Shown piece by piece: positions 1 through 7,981 of a DNA stretch of 10,553 nucleotides (positions are counted from its first letter, which is position 1; each line of letters opens with the position of its first letter). Origin of the DNA: Polyangiaceae bacterium (GTDB lineage: Bacteria; Myxococcota_A; Polyangia; Polyangiales; Polyangiaceae). Both the position numbers and the translations under genes were made by a program. The notes beneath the pieces are model-generated. The model had not been told where the DNA came from. It saw nothing but the letters and a program-made list of their open reading frames with translations, and searched no databases. Where the stretch lies: NCBI GenBank assembly GCA_965222375.1, contig CBDCTZ010000001.1, positions 1-10,553 of the forward strand, written 5' to 3'.

Positions 1-1032
1 GAAGGAACCCTTGGGCATGTCTTTGAAGACTTGACCCGCCGCACCGGGTATCGGCGTTGGAAAGCAGCCGCCAGGCACGAAGCAACTCCCGGGCACCTTG
101 CTTTTCCCACCCGCGGCGGTGGCGTGCACGCCCCAGTGGTTGGCGACGGCGCGGATCCCATTGCCAAAGTTGTTTCCGCTGGCGTTGTTGACGTAGCTCT
201 GGTTGGCAAACCACATCGCTGTGGAGCCACCGCCGTCGATGTTGAAAGCCTCCCAAGCCCCCAACTTGCCCATCAGCTCCGCAAGCTCCGAACCGTACAT
301 TCCTGCGCTCGAACTCGTTCGCCCGTCTACGGCGACCAGGATGAAGGTCTTGCGGTCTTTGGTTAGGCCCATCGCAGTGCGGGGGTAGCGCCCATCGGTC
401 ATGTCCCCCCGATCCGGGAAGCAAGTCGACGCGGTGGGTGACGTACAGGTGTAGACCTGACCTTCAATCACCAGCTCCGGAAAGCCGCTCACCAAGGCCA
501 GGGTGCCTTTGGGGATCTCCGTGGTGACTTCGCCGGGTTTGAAGCCGAACTTGATGTCGAACTTCTTGTTGTCGACGAGCTTGGTGCGTTCCGTATGGGT
601 GAACTCGACCCAGTCCTTGCCGAAAGCGATCCAACCGTATCGCTTGTAGTACCACTTGGTCGGCTGGCTATTGCCCGTCTTGGCGAAGGGCCAAGGCACA
701 CCGCCGCCCACGGCGTCTCCATACACCTGGGTGCCGGCGAAGAAGTCGCCATTCACGGCGAATTGCGCCCCTTGGCCACTTGCCCAAGAGCCCGGCGTCT
801 TCACCGAGGTCGCGGGCTTGGTCGCCGCCACGTGGATGTAGTTGTTACACAGCGCGATCTTGGCGACGTAGATTCGATTGGTGGGCCCTGACTCCACCCG
901 CTTGATCAGTTCGATGCCCGGGTAGGGTGTGCTCTTGGTTTCCGACACCAACGTGCCCGCGTGCGCGTTGGGAGCGGCAACAGCAATGGCAGCACCAAGG
1001 ACACTGGCAGCTCCAATTCCGATCCAGCGCAT
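1..1032 (-). CDS. Secreted phosphodiester glycosidase family protein (NAGPA/DUF2233), 3' end beyond the window
   Basis: Manual translation from ATG at 1032 is open to base 1 (344 codons, no stop): MRWIGIGAASVLGAAIAVAAPNAHA (signal peptide, AxA site)...AVNGDFF...YPRTAMG...ILVAVDGR...AFNIDGGGSTAM...RAVAN. These are the NGxFF, PRTAxG, DGR and NLDGGGS motifs of the family, in order. Absent from the ORF track because there is no stop in the window. Confidence 0.9.
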   Translation of the reverse strand, partial: MRWIGIGAASVLGAAIAVAAPNAHAGTLVSETKSTPYPGIELIKRVESGPTNRIYVAKIALCNNYIHVAATKPATSVKTPGSWASGQGAQFAVNGDFFAGTQVYGDAVGGGVPWPFAKTGNSQPTKWYYKRYGWIAFGKDWVEFTHTERTKLVDNKKFDIKFGFKPGEVTTEIPKGTLALVSGFPELVIEGQVYTCTSPTASTCFPDRGDMTDGRYPRTAMGLTKDRKTFILVAVDGRTSSSAGMYGSELAELMGKLGAWEAFNIDGGGSTAMWFANQSYVNNASGNNFGNGIRAVANHWGVHATAAGGKSKVPGSCFVPGGCFPTPIPGAAGQVFKDMPKGSF

Positions 1033-1166
1033 GCGCCAATTATCCCACGACGGGTGTCACAGGCCCTGGATTTCGCTACGCCGGTAGAAAATCAGTCTGA
1101 GCGCCCGCTTCAGCATGACGAATTCGCCCTCGTGGGTGCTTTCGTTGCGTAGCTGCGCGTGGTCGT

Positions 1167-1195
1167 TTGACCCACCGCACGAGAAGCGCTAGCTC
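1167..1195 (+). promoter_or_regulatory. Candidate sigma-70-type promoter for lysC
   Basis: TTGACC (1167-1172), 17-nt spacer, TAGCTC (1190-1195), ending 9 nt before the GTG start. The -35 box is good; the -10 box is degenerate. Confidence 0.4.
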
Positions 1196-1204
1196 CGGCG
1201 CCCA

Positions 1205-2437
1205 GTGGCACTGGTCGTTCAGAAGTATGGCGGCACATCCGTCAAGAACCTGGAGCGCATGCGCGCGGTGGCGGAGCGTGCCCTCGAGACCCAAAAGGCA
1301 GGCCACCAGGTCGCGGTGATCGTCAGCGCCATGGCGGGCGAGACGAACAAGCTGCTGAAACTGGCTCACGAGATCTCGCCGACACCCGATGTCCGCGAGT
1401 TGGACGCCCTGGCCTCGACCGGTGAGCAGGTCAGCGCCGCCCTGGTATCCATGACGATTCACGCTCTGGGCGGCAAGGCTCGGAGCCTGCTAGGCCATCA
1501 GGTGCGGATGCAAACGGACGCTGCCTTCACCAAGGCTCGCATCCGAACCGTGGAAGGCTCCAAGGTGCGCTCCACGGTGGCCGACGGTTCAATCGCGGTA
1601 ATCGCTGGCTTCCAGGGCGTCGACCCGGAAGGGAACATCACGACCCTGGGTCGGGGTGGCTCCGACACCAGCGCCGTGGCCATTGCGGCCGCGATCAAAG
1701 CGGACGTCTGCGAAATCTACACGGACGTGGAAGGTGTCTACACGACGGATCCGAACGTTTGTCCCCTGGCAAAGAAGATCGAACGTATCAGTTTCGAAGA
1801 AATGCTGGAGCTCGCGTCCTTGGGGGCCAAGGTGCTGCAAATCCGCTCCGTAGAAGTCGGCATGAAATACGGAGTTCCGATCCACGTGCGGAGCTCATAC
1901 TCGAACAACACAGGTACTATGGTGACAAGTGAAGAGGGCTTGGAGGCCGTTGTCGTCGCGGGCATCGCCTATGACAAGGGCGAAGCCAAGGTGCAGCTCA
2001 TCAACGTGCCAGATCGCCCCGGCATTGTCGGGAACATCTTCGGTACCTTGGCGGACCAGAATGTCTCCGTGGACATGATCATTCAGAGCCCGTCCCGCGA
2101 GGGCGGCACCACCACGGATGTGACGTTCACGGTCGCAAAGACAGATTTGGCTCGCTGCAAGCACCTGATCGAGGAATGCGCTCGAGAGATCGGCGGTGCC
2201 GCCATCGAATACGATCCCGACATCGTGAAGGTCAGCATCGTGGGGCTCGGCATGCGCTCTCACGCGGGCGTAGCTTCTCAGATGTTCAAGATCCTGGCCG
2301 ACGAGGGCATCAACATCCAGGGCATCACCACCAGCGAGATCAAAGTCAGCTGCATCATTCACTCGAAGTACACGGAGCTGGCGGTTCGGGCACTGCACAC
2401 CGGTTTCGGGCTAGATGCCGAGCCTACGGCGGAGTGA
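1205..2437 (+). CDS. lysC: Aspartate kinase (monofunctional, kinase domain plus two ACT domains)
   Basis: 410 aa, GTG start. Motifs [78 protein letters not shown] domains (VPDRPGI...[23 protein letters not shown]...TSEIKVS). Confidence 0.98.
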   Translation: MALVVQKYGGTSVKNLERMRAVAERALETQKAGHQVAVIVSAMAGETNKLLKLAHEISPTPDVRELDALASTGEQVSAALVSMTIHALGGKARSLLGHQVRMQTDAAFTKARIRTVEGSKVRSTVADGSIAVIAGFQGVDPEGNITTLGRGGSDTSAVAIAAAIKADVCEIYTDVEGVYTTDPNVCPLAKKIERISFEEMLELASLGAKVLQIRSVEVGMKYGVPIHVRSSYSNNTGTMVTSEEGLEAVVVAGIAYDKGEAKVQLINVPDRPGIVGNIFGTLADQNVSVDMIIQSPSREGGTTTDVTFTVAKTDLARCKHLIEECAREIGGAAIEYDPDIVKVSIVGLGMRSHAGVASQMFKILADEGINIQGITTSEIKVSCIIHSKYTELAVRALHTGFGLDAEPTAE

Positions 2438-2550
2438 GTACAAACCCGTGACAATTTGTAGATATTGACCCCTTCCGCTGGCATCCGAGCCGCTTTCGAC
2501 GCAACATTGGCTTTCGTGCTTGGGCCCCGCCCGCAGCTTTTGGAGTACTC

Positions 2551-3900
2551 ATGAAGCTTTCATCCACCCTACGTCTTGGTCTGTACATCGCGGCTGGTTT
2601 CGGCGCCGCTCTCGCCTGTCGGGCAGAAGGGTCGAGCGGTGGCGGCACGGGTGGTGCGGGCCAGAGCTTTTGCGATGCTCTAGGCGCCTGCTGCGCGTCG
2701 GTCAGCGACGCTACGGTTCAACAGCAGTGCTTCGAGGCACAGAAAGCGCATCTGACGAGTGCGGATCCCGAGACCGCGTGCAAGACGGGTCTGGACGGCT
2801 ATGTTGCAAGCGGAGTTTGCGCGCAGCCCGGCACCGGCGGCACGGGCGCCGGTGGCGGAGTCGGTGGCACGGGTGCTGGCGCCGGCACGGGCGGCACGAC
2901 CGGCGATGGTGGCCCCTGCGTGCTGGGCCCCGAGGACACGCCGGCGGCCTGCTCGGACAACTGCGACAACGACGGCAATACCTATACGGATTGCGACGAT
3001 TTTTCCTGCAGCAAGATCCCAGCCTGTCAAAAGCCTTCAGAGACTTCCAACGTGGCGTGCTCCGACGGCAAGGACAACGATGGCAATAAATTCACGGATT
3101 GTGACGACAACGCCTGCAAGGACCGCATCATCTGCAAGGGCGAGCAGAACAACGCAACTTGCTCCGACGGCGTAGACAACGACGGCGACGGCAAGAAGGA
3201 TTGCGAAGACAGCGGCTGCAACAACGAGGGCATCGTCGTCTGCAAAGGTGGGGCGGCTGTGAGCCCGCTACCGGCCAAGAGCGAGTGGCCGGGCCTGGTC
3301 AAGACCGCTTGCACCAACAAGGCGGATGACGACGGAGATGGCAAGATCGATTGCGCCGACTTCGGCTGTCGCGACAACTTCGAGGCCATCGACTGTATGG
3401 ACTTGCCACCGGAGTCCGGCAACGCGGCCTGTTCCGATGGCATCGACAACGACCAGGATGGCTTCAAGGACTGCGAGGACAATCGCTGTCAGGACGAAGG
3501 TGTCGTGGTGTGTAACGGCGCCATGCCGGCCAGCCCCATGCCTCCCCAGAACCAGTGGGGTAGTCTCTCCAATATGGAGTGCAGCAACAAGACGGATGAA
3601 GACGGTGACACGAACACCGACTGTGACGACTTCGGCTGCAGTCAGAACCCGGACGTCACGATCTGCCCCCAAGAGAACACGGATGCCCTTTGCTCCGACG
3701 GCAAAGACAACGACAACAGCGGCAAGGCGGATTGCGACGACTTCTCGTGCAGCAAGAATCCTTTCATCACCGTCTGCGAGACGGGCTTTGCCAAGTGCAG
3801 CAACGGGTCCGACGATGATGGCAACGGCTTCGCCGACTGCGCCGACTTCTCCTGCACACCGCCGCCGAACTCCAAGACAATCCTCCCGGCGTGCCTCTGA
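2551..3900 (+). CDS. Putative lipoprotein with eight Cys/Asp-rich (DxDxDG-type, probably Ca2+-binding) repeats
   Basis: 449 aa. GGAG RBS at 2542-2545. Signal peptide ending in lipobox ALAC. Gly-rich linkers flank a small 6-Cys domain (CDALGACC...C...C...C), followed by eight C-x-[DN]-x2-D-[NDE]-D-x5-D-C-x-D-x2-C units. Confidence 0.85.
   Translation: MKLSSTLRLGLYIAAGFGAALACRAEGSSGGGTGGAGQSFCDALGACCASVSDATVQQQCFEAQKAHLTSADPETACKTGLDGYVASGVCAQPGTGGTGAGGGVGGTGAGAGTGGTTGDGGPCVLGPEDTPAACSDNCDNDGNTYTDCDDFSCSKIPACQKPSETSNVACSDGKDNDGNKFTDCDDNACKDRIICKGEQNNATCSDGVDNDGDGKKDCEDSGCNNEGIVVCKGGAAVSPLPAKSEWPGLVKTACTNKADDDGDGKIDCADFGCRDNFEAIDCMDLPPESGNAACSDGIDNDQDGFKDCEDNRCQDEGVVVCNGAMPASPMPPQNQWGSLSNMECSNKTDEDGDTNTDCDDFGCSQNPDVTICPQENTDALCSDGKDNDNSGKADCDDFSCSKNPFITVCETGFAKCSNGSDDDGNGFADCADFSCTPPPNSKTILPACL
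2950..3855 (+). repeat. Intragenic array of eight 20-aa Cys/Asp repeats, including a two-repeat module duplicated at 270-bp offset
   Basis: Units: CSDNCDNDGNTYTDCDDFSC, CSDGKDNDGNKFTDCDDNAC, CSDGVDNDGDGKKDCEDSGC, CTNKADDDGDGKIDCADFGC, CSDGIDNDQDGFKDCEDNRC, CSNKTDEDGDTNTDCDDFGC, CSDGKDNDNSGKADCDDFSC, CSNGSDDDGNGFADCADFSC. 3142-3369 aligns without gaps to 3412-3639. Confidence 0.92.
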
Positions 3901-3930
3901 GGCCGGCGCCGCCCCGACCGCGCATGGCCT

Positions 3931-4269
3931 TCAGCGCCGTGCGCGGCCGCCAGCCTTGATCTGAGCAAGCTCGTACTTGCCCAGCACGTTGCGCACCTGC
4001 TGCAAGGTGCCGTCGGAAAGCTCACCATCCGTGACCTTGACTCGGGGCATTCGGTTCTCCTGAACCACCCGCAGGGTGGCCCGTCGGACCTTGGCCCGTC
4101 GAAAGACATCGGAAAGCTCGTTGGCCAGACGCTGCGGCAGCCGGCCGCGAACCACGTTTGAGCGGCCTTTTCGCACTTGCATCACAAAAAGCTCGTTCGA
4201 GCGGTAGATCGACCACGCGAAGGGTATGGTCAGCACCGCCAGGAAGAGCAGCCCATATAGAATACCCAT
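3931..4269 (-). CDS. DUF3634-like small membrane-anchored protein
   Basis: About 112 aa from ATG 4269 (alternative TTG at 4278). N-terminal hydrophobic helix, then NELFVMQVRKG...VVRGRLP...QQVRNVLG, matching my recollection of the DUF3634 pattern (LF.i.i..G......G..P ... Q.lRNv). Arg/Lys-rich. Confidence 0.72.
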   Translation of the reverse strand: MGILYGLLFLAVLTIPFAWSIYRSNELFVMQVRKGRSNVVRGRLPQRLANELSDVFRRAKVRRATLRVVQENRMPRVKVTDGELSDGTLQQVRNVLGKYELAQIKAGGRARR

Positions 4270-4321
4270 GGCGCGCAAAAACTTACGCTAGACGCTCCTT
4301 GCTCGCTACCATCAAGGGGCG

Positions 4322-5575
4322 TTGACTCGACAGCTGCCCAGTCGCTTTGGCCGCTACGTGCTCTTCGATCAAATCGGCGAAGGGGGCATGGCGCGGATCT
4401 ACCTTGGCCGCGAACAAACCGACCTGGGCGCGGAGCGCCGCGTAGTGGTCAAACACATCCTGCCGCTCTTCGCGGATAGCACGGAGCTTTCCCAGCTCTT
4501 GATTGACGAGGCCAAGCTCGCAGCGCGTCTCTCCCACGGCAACGTGGTGCAGGTCCACGACCTGGGTCGGGAGGAAGACACCCTCTACATCGCCATGGAG
4601 TACGTGGAGGGATTCGATCTCTCGGCGCTGCTCAAGACCTGCTCCAAGCGCAAAGTCCCGCTTCCCATCGAGTTCTCACTGCTCATCGTGACCGAGACCC
4701 TACGCGCTCTGGACTACGCCCATCGCAAGAAGGACGACGACGGCAATCCCCTGGGCTTGGTGCATCGAGACGTCTCGCCATCCAACGTGTTGGTTGCCTT
4801 TGACGGTCAGATCAAGATTTGCGACTTCGGAATCGCTCGCGCCATTGGGCTGGATGGCAATCTGCCCGACGCCGCCATTCAGGGCAAGGCGGGCTACATG
4901 AGTCCGGAAGCGGCGCGGGGCGAAACAGTGGATGCGCGCAGTGATCTCTTCGCGGTGGGAGTGATTCTGTGGGAGTTGCTTGCCGGGCGGCGTTTCTACA
5001 AACGCGAAGGCGGCAAGCCTCCGAACTTGGAGCAAGTGAAGAACGTCGTCGTGACGCCTTTGCCTAGCCGCAACCTTCCTCAAGAAGCGGAGCTGTACGG
5101 CATCGTGATGCGCGCCCTCGAGAAGGAGCCCGACAAGCGCTTTGCCTCCGCCAAAGAGATGCTGCGGGAGCTCGAGACCTACATCGGCAGCAGCGGGCTG
5201 TTCGCCAGCTCCCTCAAGCTCGGACAATGGCTCACCGACAATTTCGGAGCGGAAATCGTCGAACTACGGCGAGCGCGGGAAGCCGCCAGCCACGAAATGG
5301 ACTCCGGGCAGGCCGCAGACGAGCCCTCGGAGGCTGCGGTCAGCGCAGAGGCCCCGGAGGCCCCGCAACCGACCGAATCAGCCGCCCCGAGCGCGCCTTC
5401 GCCAGCTGCTCCTGGCCCGCTGCAGGGCGGCACGCCGCCGACGCCGCCGGACTGGATGCAGCCGCCGCCCGTTGCGCCACCGGTGCAACCCGAGAAGAAC
5501 AACGCCAAGTTGATCGGGCTGGTTGTCGGACTCTGCGTGCTGATCGTCATCCTGCTCCAATTCATGCGTCCTTGA
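4322..5575 (+). CDS. Hanks-type Ser/Thr protein kinase (Pkn family) with Pro/Ala-rich linker and C-terminal transmembrane helix
   Basis: 417 aa, TTG start (exact start uncertain). GEGGMA loop, VVVK, DEAK, HRDVSPSN, DFGIA, GKAGYMSPE, SDLFAVG; C-terminal LIGLVVGLCVLIVILL helix followed by only five residues. Confidence 0.95.
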   Translation: MTRQLPSRFGRYVLFDQIGEGGMARIYLGREQTDLGAERRVVVKHILPLFADSTELSQLLIDEAKLAARLSHGNVVQVHDLGREEDTLYIAMEYVEGFDLSALLKTCSKRKVPLPIEFSLLIVTETLRALDYAHRKKDDDGNPLGLVHRDVSPSNVLVAFDGQIKICDFGIARAIGLDGNLPDAAIQGKAGYMSPEAARGETVDARSDLFAVGVILWELLAGRRFYKREGGKPPNLEQVKNVVVTPLPSRNLPQEAELYGIVMRALEKEPDKRFASAKEMLRELETYIGSSGLFASSLKLGQWLTDNFGAEIVELRRAREAASHEMDSGQAADEPSEAAVSAEAPEAPQPTESAAPSAPSPAAPGPLQGGTPPTPPDWMQPPPVAPPVQPEKNNAKLIGLVVGLCVLIVILLQFMRP

Positions 5576-5614
5576 TCGCCCACGACCCCGGGCATCGGCG
5601 CTATACCCTCGGGC

Positions 5615-7861
5615 ATGCGCCTCGCCCGCGTGGCCGTTCCTGTGCCCTTGGGGCAGGCGTTCACCTATGAGGTGCCGCCGGAGCTAGCCGATCAGGTCGT
5701 TGCTGGCGCCCGCGTCTTGGTCGAGTTCGGCCGCCGGCGCGTGTTGGCGGTGGTGCTGTCGGCGTACGATGGGGAGCCAGACTTCGACGCCAACAAACTC
5801 AAGCCCCTGGTCGCCCTCGTGGACGCCGAGCCTGTCTTCCCAGACGAGCTGTTGGAGTTCTTGGTTCAGCTCGCGCGCTACTACCTCGCGCCCCTGGGTG
5901 AAGTGATGCGGCTGGCCCTGCCCGCAGTCGAACGTTCCGCCAAGGCTCGGTTGCTTCAAGAGGGCGTCGCTCAAGCTGGGGCCCTGGCCACGGTCGGGCG
6001 AATGGTGCAGTGGGCGGCCGCCGTCGACCTCGCGCCCGACGCTCCGCTGCCCCGGGGCCAAGCCAAGGACATCTTGGAACATCTGCGTGCTTCAGGGCCG
6101 AGCGCCGTCGCGGAGCTGGCCGGACAGTGGTCCAACGCGCGCCCTGCGCTCAAGCGCTTGGCCGCGGCTGGCCATGTTTCTCTCGAGCAGCGCCCCGCCC
6201 AGCAGGATCCCTTCTTCTCCCAAGCCGTGCCGACGGACACGGCCCCGGAGCTCACTGCCGCCCAAGCCGAAGCCCTCGGCCGCGTGAACCAGGCCTTGGG
6301 CGAGGGCGACCCAAAGTCCTTCTTGCTGCAAGGTGTCACCGGATCCGGCAAGACCGAGGTGTACCTGCGAGCGGTGGGGCAAGTGGCTCGAGAGGGGCGC
6401 GGGTCCATCGTGTTAGTGCCGGAAATCGCGCTCACGCCCCAGTTGGTGTCCCGATTCCGCGCGCGGCTCGGCGACGACATCGCGGTCTTGCACAGTGGGC
6501 TCACGGAAAACGAGCGCCACCAAATGTGGCGCGCGCTGCGCAGTGGCCGGGTGCGCATCGCCATTGGCGCCCGCTCGGCCCTATTCGCTCCCGTACAGTC
6601 TCTGGCGCTGATCTGCGTCGACGAAGAGCACGACGGTTCCTTCAAGCAAGAAGAGGGCGTGCGCTACAACGCGCGTGACATGGCGCTCCTCCGCGCCCAT
6701 CGCGCCGGCGCCGTATGCCTTCTGGGCAGCGCGACGCCATCGGTTTCGAGTGAAGCTTTGGTGCGCGGACAAAAACTCGAGCGCTTGATGCTTCCAGATC
6801 GCGCCTACAGTGCCGCCACCTTGCCCAGTGTAGAGATCGTAGACCTGCGCCGTGTCGGCCCGGGCCCCAGCGGCCACCGCTTGCTTTCTCTCACGCTGCA
6901 CCGCGCCCTCGAGCGCACCCTCGAGGCCAAGGAGCAAGCGATTCTGTTCCTGAATCGCCGCGGCTTCGCTCCCACTCTGCTGTGCGAAGCCTGCGGCCAT
7001 CTGGCCGAGTGCCCCAACTGCGCCGTGTCCCTGACCTTGCACCGCCGGGGTGGCGCTGCTCTGCGCTGCCACTACTGCGACTACGGGATCCCGGTGCCGA
7101 CCCAGTGCAGCGCCTGCAAGAGCAATCGGCTCAGCGAGGAGGGAGCGGGCACCGAGCGGATCGAAGCCGCGCTGACCGAGACCTTCCCGACGGCTCGCAT
7201 CGGCCGCCTCGATCGTGACGTCGCGGCCGGAGTCAAGAGCGAACGCATTCTGGCGCAGATGCGCGCCAAAGAACTGGACGTACTGGTTGGCACACAAATG
7301 GTTACCAAGGGCCACGACTTGCCCGAGGTCACTCTGGTCGGCGTACTCAACGCGGACTCGGCCCTCAGCCTGCCGGACTTTCGCGCCGCCGAGCGCACCT
7401 TTCAGCTCCTGGTTCAAGTCGCAGGTCGCGCGGGGCGCGGCGATCGCCCTGGCAACGTCTTGATCCAAACCTATCAGCCCGATCACCCCGCCATCGTCTT
7501 GGCCGCGCGTCACGATGTCGTGTCCTTTCTCGATCGCGAGATGCAGGCTCGCAAAGAACTGCGCTATCCGCCCTATTCCCGCATCGCGCTTGTCAGGGTC
7601 GACGCCGTCGAGGAACGAGTTGCCGAACGTGCCGCTGAAGGCCTGGCCAAACTCGCCGCGGGGGCCTGCAAAGACGGCGCCGAGATCCTGGGCCCCGCGC
7701 CCGCACCGTTGGCACGACTGCGCAATCGCTACCGCTATCGCTTCATGCTGCGCAGTGCGTCTCGAGGCCCCCTGCGAGATGCCCTCCTCGCCGTTGCCCG
7801 CGCTCGCGAAAACTCGAAGGTGCGTGTCGCGATCGACGTCGACCCCATGAGCATGCTGTGA
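5615..7861 (+). CDS. priA: Primosomal protein N' (replication restart helicase PriA)
   Basis: 748 aa. N-terminal VAVPVP..FTY...GARVLVEFG; Walker A LLQGVTGSGKTEVY; LVPEIALTPQ; DEEHD; LGSATPS; FLNRRGF; four CxxC pairs (CEAC, CPNC, CHYC, CSAC); GTQMVTKG; QVAGRAGR; LGPAPAP; IDVDP C-terminus. Confidence 0.98.
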   Translation: MRLARVAVPVPLGQAFTYEVPPELADQVVAGARVLVEFGRRRVLAVVLSAYDGEPDFDANKLKPLVALVDAEPVFPDELLEFLVQLARYYLAPLGEVMRLALPAVERSAKARLLQEGVAQAGALATVGRMVQWAAAVDLAPDAPLPRGQAKDILEHLRASGPSAVAELAGQWSNARPALKRLAAAGHVSLEQRPAQQDPFFSQAVPTDTAPELTAAQAEALGRVNQALGEGDPKSFLLQGVTGSGKTEVYLRAVGQVAREGRGSIVLVPEIALTPQLVSRFRARLGDDIAVLHSGLTENERHQMWRALRSGRVRIAIGARSALFAPVQSLALICVDEEHDGSFKQEEGVRYNARDMALLRAHRAGAVCLLGSATPSVSSEALVRGQKLERLMLPDRAYSAATLPSVEIVDLRRVGPGPSGHRLLSLTLHRALERTLEAKEQAILFLNRRGFAPTLLCEACGHLAECPNCAVSLTLHRRGGAALRCHYCDYGIPVPTQCSACKSNRLSEEGAGTERIEAALTETFPTARIGRLDRDVAAGVKSERILAQMRAKELDVLVGTQMVTKGHDLPEVTLVGVLNADSALSLPDFRAAERTFQLLVQVAGRAGRGDRPGNVLIQTYQPDHPAIVLAARHDVVSFLDREMQARKELRYPPYSRIALVRVDAVEERVAERAAEGLAKLAAGACKDGAEILGPAPAPLARLRNRYRYRFMLRSASRGPLRDALLAVARARENSKVRVAIDVDPMSML

Positions 7862-7951
7862 GGCGTCGTCGCCAACCCGCCAGCGCCAACCACAGGTTGG
7901 CAGACGCCCGCGTGGCCCTGCAGGAACGGTCGTTTTTGTAGGTTCCGGCGC

Positions 7952-7967
7952 CGGCACGCCGCTTGCG
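7952..7967 (+). promoter_or_regulatory. Candidate sigma-54 (-24/-12) promoter
   Basis: CGGCACGCCGCTTGCG versus consensus TGGCACG-N4-TTGCW: GG at 7953-7954 and GC at 7965-7966 with exact GG-N10-GC spacing, in the intergenic gap directly upstream of the 7982 gene. Confidence 0.65.
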
Positions 7968-7981
7968 AGGCATCTTGTTCT

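Noticed and set aside
31..1152. Short ORFs listed in the track over the first kilobase, including the Cys-rich 845..1039 peptide as a possible RiPP or metallothionein
   Set aside because: Nearly all lie within the real minus-strand NAGPA gene. The CQCPWCCHCCC string is an alternative-frame reading of Ala/Val-rich signal-peptide codons.
1033..1204. Lysine riboswitch upstream of lysC
   Set aside because: The gap is only 172 bp and is shared with a divergent gene. I see no conserved AGAGGUGC-like 5' element or terminator platform. An Rfam scan would be definitive.
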